A stretch of DNA of 64,000 bases from Paramoeba atlantica (taxonomy: Eukaryota > Protista > Discosea). The position numbers and the translations under genes are program-made. Every line of letters starts with the position of its first letter. Within the stretch, counting starts at the first letter, position 1. Shown piece by piece: positions 53,172 through 62,400 of this stretch. The notes beneath the pieces are model-generated. The model had not been told where the DNA came from. It saw only the letters and a list, made by a program, of their open reading frames with translations, and searched no databases. Location: the NCBI GenBank assembly GCA_977017575.1, contig CDRNVI010000154.1, forward strand, positions 1-64,000, in the 5' to 3' direction.

Positions 53172-54480
53172 GGAAAAGAATAATGATGGAGATATAATTA
53201 TGATTAGAGGGGGTGAGGCAGACAGTGAGAAAGAAAGTGAGGAGGAAGGGAAAAGTGATGGGTCAGTCACAGTGAAAATCCCTTTGGAAGGAGGAATGAT
53301 TAAGGAAATGAGTTTTGGTATAAGTGAGAAAGCTTGAGCATAGCTGGGTGATCTTCCAACCCAATTTAGGTGGAAGCAGGGAATGAAAGAACTCAAAAAA
53401 CAATTACAAATCTTGAAAAAAGGGAATATAAATTACCAAATGAAAAGCTTTAACAAGTTTTGATTGAAACAATCAAATTTATTGGTTCAAACACAGCTAA
53501 ATTCAAGAAAAGATAGAGACAATTATCAACTGAAGAAACAGTAAAAATAATTAATAAAGATAAGGAGAAAGTGAGGCAAAGCAAAAAGAAATTAAAAGGC
53601 AACACAGATAAAATGTTGAAAGCTAAAAATTCAAATGCAATTTCCAAAACCATTCTTATGAAGAAGGAAAAAAGTGGTGGGGTGAGAAATTTTAGAGGTG
53701 TCCCTTTCTCTTCTGTTTCCACTGATGTTTCTTTTCCTTTCTCTTCTACTGGTGTTCCTTCCCCTTTTTTCTCCACTAATGTCCCTTCCCCTTCCTCTTC
53801 CACTGGTGTCTAGAGTATTTCTCCCTCTGAAGGTGTTTCCAACAGAGTCTCTGGATTACAAGTTAAAAAAGTGATCCAGAAAAAAACATTATAATTAGCC
53901 TGCAAAACCAAGAAAACACTACCTCTTTTAGTAATTTAGATGAATGTGAATTTTCATCTTTTTTGTTTGGTTCTTATTCTGGCAATGGTCAAAAAATTGC
54001 AGATTCCCCCTTTCCCTCTTGTTTTCAGGATGCTGACCTTGATGGAAGCCCAAAATTGTCTCCAGATGACCCTCAGGGAAGCCTCTCTATTGTTTAAAAG
54101 AAAAAAGAGGAAAAGTTTAAAGAAAAAAAAAAAAACCAAAAAAAAAGGAAAAAAGTTGAAAAAAAGTTCTAAGTTGGAAGTTAATTAAAAAAAGGAAAAG
54201 AAATATCAGAAGATAGAGTAGAATATGGTGAATAAAAGAAAAAAAAAAGAAAAAAAGAATAATCAAAATATCAGAAAGTATAGCCTTCTTCAACCCCTCT
54301 CCTTTGAGATCTGATGATCAACTTCAACCCTCCTCCTCAACAGTTATCAAACAAGTTTCAACTAATCTCTCAACTCCCCACTCCCTCCACCCCCTTCAAC
54401 TCCCTTTTTCCCCAAGAGAGACCTTGTGATGTTCAAATCCCCTCTTTGAAATCCAATCCCCCTGATTTACCACAAATTCA
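53172..54480 (+). pseudogene. Probable continuation of the LINE family 2 ORF1 relic, with ~30-bp coding repeats at ~53700-53810
   Basis: Resumes after the Copia-B TSD with Lys/Glu-rich reading; PFSSTGVPS-like repeats. Confidence 0.5.
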
Positions 54481-54483
54481 GTG

Positions 54484-54523
54484 TTTTTCTTTTTTCTTTT
54501 TGAAGCAGACTTTATTCAATTAG
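54484..54523 (-). mobile_element. SINE-A 3' stub
   Basis: T-rich tail plus GAAGCAGACTTTATTCAATTAG. Confidence 0.7.
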
Positions 54524-55144
54524 TTTTTTTTTTTTTTAAAGTTTAGACACTAGGTGCCATTTATTGGAGTTAAAAAACCATCTCTAAGATGGAAAAGAGG
54601 GGGGAAGAAAAAGGGAGGGAAGGGGAAGATAAATTAAAAGTTAGATCCAATGATCTTTTCAGCATGGAATACATTGGAGTTACTTTACCAACTTTAGTTC
54701 TCACTAAGAGGTCTGCATTTGATTGTCTGCCTTCTAAAAGCAGGGAGTGAATTTGGTTTGGAGTTTTCAATAAAGTTAATTACATTCCTTCGAAAATCTT
54801 CTTCAATAAAGTTCCTCACCAAATTGCTCTCTTGGAACTGATGGAACCATCCTTGGATATCTTTAGTAATTATTATAGGGAGGATTAGAGCATTCTCAAA
54901 AGTGGTTTGGGTCAGAAACAAGACATGGGGGGTTGTCACTATGTTTCCTTGGAATTTCCTTACAAAATTCTCTAAGGGGATGGGGAAAGTCCAGTCATGG
55001 GTGAGAGGAGAATTGATCCAGTTCCACAGGGTTGAATTAAGAATAATCCACTCTTCACTGGTTTCTGCAACATGTTGTGATCTTGGATCCTAATGATGGT
55101 CATTCACAGCACATGTTCCATCCTCTTTGGACCAACTTGCAGCA
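54524..55144 (-). mobile_element. LINE family 1, 5'-truncated
   Basis: Poly(T), then a reverse match to ~23432-24037. Confidence 0.92.
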
Positions 55145-56608
55145 TGTAAATGAGGCTCACAAAACCACCTCTGAAAAAACGAAGTCAAGAACTCAATCCG
55201 AATCAAAAAGCATGAACACATCCAAATCATCACATGTTGAAGAAACAGAGAGAAGATCATGGGAGAGGTTTGGAACAAACAAAACTTGACTTAAACTTAA
55301 GTCTCTTCCATCCATGAGGATTGAACCAGTTCTGTGTTTCTCAACAGGTAAAGCAGAGCCATTTGCTTGGGTTATTGATTCACCAGGGCCAGCAGCATTA
55401 TGTTGGATCATGTCAGGGTTGTTTGTGAGGGTAGGAAAAGCACTAGAATCAACAATCATGTGGCGAAAACCATCAGCAGTGTGAAGAGCAACAGAGTCAT
55501 CAGTGACATCCAAAAAACAAAAACCATCTGTGAGTTCATCATAGTGCTCATCAGTTTGTTGCTTATCAAGAAGAAGATCTTGGACAAGCTTGAGGAACTC
55601 CTCAGTAGAAGGTTTGGTGTAGAAGGCCATTTTGCAGATGCCAGTTATTGCAAATTGTGTGAGAAATGCTTCACCAACAGAGGTCTGGGGCTTTCCTTGC
55701 TTCTTTCTTCGACATTCATCCTTCCAGTGACCAGTCACCCCACACCAGTGGCAATGACCTTGATGAACAGTTGAACCATCAGGATGTTGATCACCAGGTT
55801 TGAATTTCTTTCCAGTTCTCTGATGTTTCTCCTCCTTTGCTTCAACCAACAAACCAACATGTGGTGGGAATCCAAAACTGGATTCTTTGCCATATTTAGA
55901 CAGAACTTTTTCTTCAAAGTGTGCCAAACTATTGACCAAATCCTCGAAAGATAAATCTTTCTGATATTTGAGTGTCTTTATGGGTTGGAACTCAGGACCA
56001 AGACCTCAAAGAAGAAGAGCCATCATACAGTGTTCTGAAACAGATTCATCATTCTCAGTAGATTCTATGGTGAGGGTCATACTTTGGGATACATAATCAT
56101 TGACAATTTTATTCTCCTTCTTTTTCAAAGTCATCAACTCATTTGTGAGATCCAGCAAAGATGCCATTGTTTTTTTGTTTTTTTTTTGGAAGTAGACTTT
56201 ATTCAATTAGTAGTTCTTAATCTAAACCATTTGAATTACATTAAATTATGTTTGTTTTTAACCTCTAACAAGAGGTGAAGTTTTAAACTTCAGCTCAGTT
56301 TAGTCAGTCTTTATGCTGAACTTTAGAACTTCTGCAAGTTCAGGCTGGAGAATGCACATCAGAAGGGAAAATAATCCAAAGCTCCTTCCAAGGGAATTTA
56401 TCTTCAACTTTTTAGCAGACAAGGCTGAGATGTAACCTGTTCTGATTTTCACACTTCTTCAAAAGCTCCTCACTCCAATCAAATCACTCTACAGCACCAG
56501 AAAAATTTTCTATAATATTGAAAAACTGGGATTTGAACTCACCCCCTGGGGTTGGACATAGTTGAATTTACGACTCATTACAGAATTTTTGTATGGTGCC
56601 AACGTGTC
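55145..56608 (-). pseudogene. Ty1/copia family C gag-protease fragment (split by SINE-A)
   Basis: TLAPYKNSVMASLLDLTNELMTLK...GLGPEFQPI; CHWCGVTGHWKDEC; IVDSSA; VLFVPNLSHDLLSVS. Confidence 0.85.
56170..56575 (-). mobile_element. SINE-A, slightly 5'-truncated
   Basis: Matches consensus up to TTTACGACT; short CATT duplication. Confidence 0.9.
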
Positions 56609-56684
56609 AATATTTGATTGGTTAAAAAATAAATTGAACTTTTTTTCGTTTTGTTCTCCATTTTTGATTCTAGCAACGAAAGGG

Positions 56685-57795
56685 AATGAGAAACTGCCAA
56701 AATGAACACCAAAAAAACCTCCAATCTCATTAGATGAAATCATGGAGATTGATTTCATTACTGAGAAAATTCAACAAACGAAAAAGAGGAAACAAAAAAC
56801 CATTGAGAAGCAAAAAAAACGCCGAAAAAGAGGAGTGGAAAAAACACAGCAGCCGCTGCTGATGGAGACCATTCCTGTTGATGAAGAGAGTTTCAATTTG
56901 AATGAGACAAAGTGATGGATGAACTCCATGATTCTTCCTGAATTTGAAAAGCGACTTGATTTTGCCTTGAAGAAACGAATTCGATCTTTTCGGATTCAGC
57001 TACCATTGCCAAAACAAATTTTCTGCTATGTCCAACCCCAGAGGGGTGAGTTCAAATCCCAGTTTTTCAATATTATGGAAAATTTTTCTGGTGCTGTAGA
57101 GTGATTTGATTGGAGTGAGGAGCTCTTGAAGAAGTGTGAAAATCGGAACAGGTTATATCTCAGCCCTGTCTGCTAAAAAGTTGAGGATAAATTCCCTTGG
57201 AAGGAGCTTTGGATTATTCTCCCTTCTGATGTGCATCCTCCAGCCTGAACTTGCAGAAGTTCTAAAGTTCAGCATAAAGACTGACTGAACTAAACTGAAG
57301 TTTAAAACTTCACCTCTCGTTAGAGGTTAAAAACAAACATAATTTAATGTAATTCAAATGGCTTAGATTAAGAACTACTAATTGAATAAAGTCTGCCTCA
57401 AAAAGAAAAAAAAAACAAAACAAATTTTCTGTAAGATTTTTTGTGAACCATTGAAAAAATTTGAAAAAGTGAAGTTTCAAGTCAATGAATCAGGACAATG
57501 TGCTCGAATCTGTTCTCAAGACAATTTAAAAAAACTGGATTCTTGCTTTTTGAACCGTTCTGAATGGCAAACCAAAAAGATTCTCTTGCAAAGTTCTCGC
57601 GGCAATATTTTTTTAAATGAAGAGGTAAATATCGTTCTTCATCATTGGATTGAATTTGATGTTATTCAAACTGATGAAAATTGAATAATCAAGTGTGAAT
57701 CTGAGTTGATTTTAAAATTTACGAAAAAAAAAAGTCAATTTGAATGCTGTGGAATCATTGAAGTTACAAATGCATCTGGCTTTCATTGCACTTAA
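56685..57795 (+). pseudogene. ORF-X: unknown protein of ~235 aa after SINE removal, basic N-terminus, TGA interruptions
   Basis: One frame ATG56685...TAA57795 once the SINE and one TSD copy are removed; internal TGA at 56703, 56913, 57682. Confidence 0.6.
57026..57415 (+). mobile_element. SINE-A, 5'-truncated
   Basis: 16-bp TSD CAAAACAAATTTTCTG at 57010-57025 and 57416-57431. Confidence 0.93.
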
Positions 57796-58056
57796 AGGAA
57801 ATTATTTGTTGAATTATTTTGAAACAAAATTAAATTTATTTTACAAAAAAATCTTGAAAAAAATGAAACTATTTTTTCCATTGTTAGTAAAATGTTGAAA
57901 AAAAAAGGGGAAAAAATTTAATTAGTAAATGAAAAAACTAACTTTTTCAGTTCGTCAAGTTCTTGCTGCATCTACCTTTGATGTAAAAGAATTTGATTCA
58001 TCTGAATTTTGAAAAAAATGAATTAATAAAAAATATTAATTGAAAAAGAGAAATGT

Positions 58057-60470
58057 TCAAATCCAAAAAAAAAATACTTGAGTTTGTGAGGATGTGTTAT
58101 TGCCACACACTGTTGATAGTTGGGGATTTTGAAGTGGTTGTGGGTTTGCCACCACTGTTGATTGATACATTGGTTGTTGAGCCAATCCATAAATTTGTGA
58201 ATTGCCATTTTGTTGAAATCGGATTTGGGGTGAAGGATTGAAATTTTGTTGGAATTGTTGGGGTGATTGAATAGAAAGTATTTGATAGGAAGTTTGGTTT
58301 TGTGGAACTGGTTGGAAATTGTAATTTGGTTGGGTTTGAGAAGATTGAGGAAGTGGGAGTTGAATTATTGTTTGTGGAGTTGAAAATGTTTCATAAGAAG
58401 TTTGTTGGGTTGTCATAGTTGGTTTTGTTGACTTTGTCGTTTTGTTGGTGAGTGGAAACACTGAACTGTTTTGTGTGTGTTTTCTGATTGTGAATAATTG
58501 TAAATTATTTGTTGCCCTTTTTTGTACAAAAGAGGTTTTGTTCTTTGGATCCATTTGTGGGCAAAAGAGTATAAACTTTCTTTTGTTCTTTTTGGCTTTT
58601 GGAACACATTTGATAAAAGACATTGAACCAAGCTTGTTCTTTCTTTGTTCTTTGTTCTTGTTCTCTGTTCTTGTCTCTATCTCCATACTATTCTGTAGAG
58701 GACTCAACTAAGTTGGTTCTTGTCGAGGAAAAAATGGGTTGGATTGAATTTGAATGACTTGAGGTATTGGTGGTGGTTGATTTTGAATAAAAAGATAGGG
58801 GTTTGTTGCTCCTTCTTTGAATGGAATGGGGGTGGAATTTGATTGAAAAGACTGAAGTGGCAGTTGTTGAATTATAGATTTGTTTCGATCTATTGGATCA
58901 GAGGAAGTGGAATTAGAGTGGAATTGTTGAATATGGTCAAGTGTTGGTACATTTGAAATCATTGGCTCAAAAGTTAGTGGATTGGTGTTTAATTGTGATT
59001 GTTTCATTTTTGTTGAAGAAGAGTGGAGTATTAATTGACTGGAGACAGGTTTTTCAGGTTGTAAGGATTGGTTAGTTTCAGTTGGTGAAGGAGATTGTTG
59101 AAGTTCTGGTGATTGGGGAAGTGGGGAACCCTGTGGAGATGAGGTCACTGGTAATGAGTGATCAGTTTCCTTATTCGTGTTGGCTTTCTTTTGCTTTTTT
59201 TCATTTGGGAGGGAATCGAAAATGTAATCTTCTGAATGGTTGTGTCGTGTGGGACGCAGGGAGGGTTTTGGAGTTTGTTTCTTATTATTTTGAGGATGTG
59301 CAGTCTGAGGTCGCTTGGGGATCATCAAGGGAAGAGGAGAGGTTTCTCGGGCTGATTTTTCCTTCCTCTTGTGCTTTGGCATTTCCTTTCCTTGCTGAAA
59401 CTCCTTTGAGGCTTTTTGGTTGGTTGATTTTTGCCAAGGGAGATGACAGTCAGTGTTCAAGGTCTTAATGAAGAGGTAATCAGAACTTGGAAAAAGAGAA
59501 TCCACTCTGTTCAATTGAATCTTTTCTTTAATCAACAGCATTGAGTGAACGAGTTCAAAAACATCCCTTGGATTGAGTAGTTTGGAGGGGTTCAACTTCT
59601 CTAAAATCGCTTGGTTGGTTGCGGGGAAATCGTCTTCTCGAATAAAAATGAAAACTTCATTCAGCAATGAATCAAGGAGTTCTTTCTTACTCAGAACCAG
59701 CAAATAATCCTTTAGAAGTAAAAGTGTGCACGGAGTTAGTGATGTTGATGAATCTCATGGTTCACCACAAGAATTACTTCTAACGAAAAGGTCCCCTTGA
59801 TTTGGAAAGGGTAAGCAGAGTTGGAGCAAGCAGGAATATCCCTGTTTCCCCTGACTACAGAGGGTTTCAACTTGACTGACAAGTGGTTTCTTTTCGTCGA
59901 AGATAAGAGGCCTCAAAAGGGGAGGGAAAGTTTTGTTGCTTTGCAAATTCTGTAATTTTCCAGGATCCAAATACCAAAAGGAATCTTCTTCAAAGACCTC
60001 TTCTCAAATCCAGAACTGAGGGTAAGTTGAAGACTCACCAATTCCTGAGCTGATTTTCCAGCAAACTGATGAAAAAAAAGTAACTTCCTTTTTTGTTTGT
60101 TCACTAAGGTTGAAATATTTTTTTTTCTCGTGGTCAATTTGAGGTGAGTTTGTGTCCACTTTTATTGTGGTTTCAAAGGTGGGGGAGACTCATGCCAACC
60201 ACGATGTTCGCTTCAAAAAATCCACATAGGAACCACCACAATAATTTGAGTATCTGACGTAATCTGGGCAAAATGCTGTGTTGCAATCGAAATAATTGAA
60301 CCCCTTGGAAATATCAGAGACTCCAACGAGATAATTGGTGACGAGTTTGGTGTTTTTTTCAATTTTCGATTTTGTAATTAAACTGAAAAACTAACCAGAG
60401 CAACAATCAAGAAACCCCAATAATGAACTGAACCATTTTGAATCTCAGAATTGCAATATAAACACTTCAT
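58057..60470 (-). pseudogene. ORF-Y: ~770-aa unknown protein, Cys-rich N-terminus, Q/P/S/T-rich C-terminus, probable intron 60395-60304
   Basis: MKCLYC...HYWGFLIVAL, GTTAGT...TTCCAAG 92-nt intron, then one frame broken only by TGA at 60192, 60006, 59757 and TAG at 58710. Confidence 0.6.
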
Positions 60471-60528
60471 TGTGGAAAGGAAAAGAAAATAGAAGTGGAA
60501 AACTGAGGGAAGAAAGGGTCGAAAGATC

Positions 60529-61073
60529 TTTTTCACAAAAAAACTTTTTTTTTTGTGGGGAAGCAAAAATACTCTTTTTTCATTTCAACACTTCAAAAAG
60601 TTCAATTTGAGGAACTTTTTGAATTTTTTTATTGTTGAAAAATTTTAAAAAGGAGTGGTGGCTAAATATTTCAAATGAATTAAACTCTCTCTGAAAAGGA
60701 TTTTTTAGTTTTATTGAAGGTTTAAAACTTTTTCCACAAAAACTTTTTTTTTTGTGGGGAAGTAAAAATACTCTTTTTTCATTTCAATACCTCAAAAAGT
60801 TCAATTTAAGGAACTTTTTGAATTTTTTTATTGTTGAAAAATTTTAGAAAGAAGTGGTGGCTAAATATTTCAAATAAATTAAATTCCCTCTGAAAAGGAT
60901 TTTTTAGTTTTATTGAAGGTTTAAAACTTTTTCTACAAAAACTTTTTTTTTTGTAGGGAAGCAAAAATACTCTTTTTTTATTTCAACACTTCAAAAAGTT
61001 CAATTTGAAGAACTTTTTGAATTTTTTTGTTGTTGAAAAATTTTAGAAAGGAGTGGTGGCTAAATATCTCAAA
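60529..61073. repeat. ~200-bp tandem repeat x2.7 with internal hairpins
   Basis: Units start at about 60534, 60735, 60934; units carry TTCAAAAAGTTC-N8-GAACTTTTTGAA (one mismatch in unit 2) and CACAAAAA...TTTTTGTG-type stems. Confidence 0.9.
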
Positions 61074-61126
61074 CACAATTTGTGGGGCAGGCAGGAAAGG
61101 CAAAAAACTTGAGGAGTTTGAGAAAA

Positions 61127-62397
61127 ATGGGCCGCTTTCAAAACGCTCGTGAGATTTTACAAGAATTGAACATTTCTTGGGAAAACTTATCAAAGCAAAT
61201 CCAATTGAAAATTTGAGATTTAAAAATTGAGGGAAGTGAAGGGAACCATGGTGTTCTTGAGTTTGAAGGAAGTGGGGTTCGTTTTCGAGGCCATCCTCTT
61301 GCACCTGATCACATGATTGCATGTTGAATGCATCCTACTTGGATCATTACTTTCAGGAGATTCCCTCCGAAGCTCAAAGAAAGGCCTTCATCTCCTTTGA
61401 TTTTGCTTTTTTAACAAAAGGATTGAAAATCCTTCGGTTCGATGATGAGTCAGAAGGGGGGTTAAATAATGAATGGGATCGGAAAGGTTGGCTTCGAATC
61501 TATTCAGAATTGAATGACAGACCCAAAATTTTGGAACAACTTTCAGATCAATCAGGTGGGTTTTTAAAGCACTTGGATTTATTGGTTGAGGAAAACCTTT
61601 TAAATGTTGTTTCTGGGGATTTATACATTTCATCTCAGAGTGGTCATAATGACATGTTTTTTTGCTCCCAGGTAGCTTCAGAAGAGGAGGTTTACAAAAT
61701 GTCAATTCTTCAATCTTTGCTTCTCTCTTTGAACCTCCTCCTGCCAAAATGTAAGCAGAATGCTCAGGGGTGGAACCTCATAGCTCTTGGGCTTCACAAA
61801 ATTCAAAACTCTTTAATGAAATGGGCTCAAACTCAACATCTAACGGACAACATGAAGAAAATTCTTTCATCCCTTTTAATTGCATATGAGATAAGAGAGT
61901 ATTGCTTGATGAAGTGGATAACTGGATTAAAAAAGAATTCAAACTTTTTTGTGGAACAGATTGGGATGTGCAAGAAATTTCAAACAGCTTGGAAGGAAAC
62001 AGGAAAAGATATGAGAGTTCAACTTCCAATGAAATGTACTCAACAAATTTGGATTGGAGGAGGCTGTGGAACCCTCCTCCACAAAGATGCTTCAAACTTC
62101 GGTTTGTCATTTTGCCAATATTTGGGTTTCAATTGGAGGGAAAGTGATTGTGGTGTTGGTCTCCCCGAACTTCGAATCCTTTGAAAAAATTCACCAGAAT
62201 CTGCAATGGCCATTCGTGCTTGTCATTACTTTCACATGAGTTTGCCACTTGATTTAGGGTTGAAAATGATGGGTGCGTCTTTTGTTAATCTTAAAAAAAA
62301 AATCAAATCCTCTGAAAAACTAAATAAAAGGAAAGCAACACACAAACCAAAGCCCTCAAAAAAATTGGTTGAAGTGAAATTGATAAAAAACTTATAA
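61127..62397 (+). pseudogene. TET/JBP-family 2OG-Fe(II) dioxygenase (decayed)
   Basis: HKDASN at 62080-62097, GVGLPEL, HMS at 62233-62241, KMMGASF at 62263-62283, basic tail, TAA 62395-62397; TGA at 61214, 61325, 62182 and one frameshift near 61320-61415. Confidence 0.75.
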
Positions 62398-62400
62398 ATT

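Noticed and set aside
56576-56600. CATTACAG as a decayed CACTA terminus of the TET/transposase element
   Set aside because: It is the in-frame continuation of the Copia-C gag (YKNSVMASLL) across the SINE, with CATT as a short duplication.
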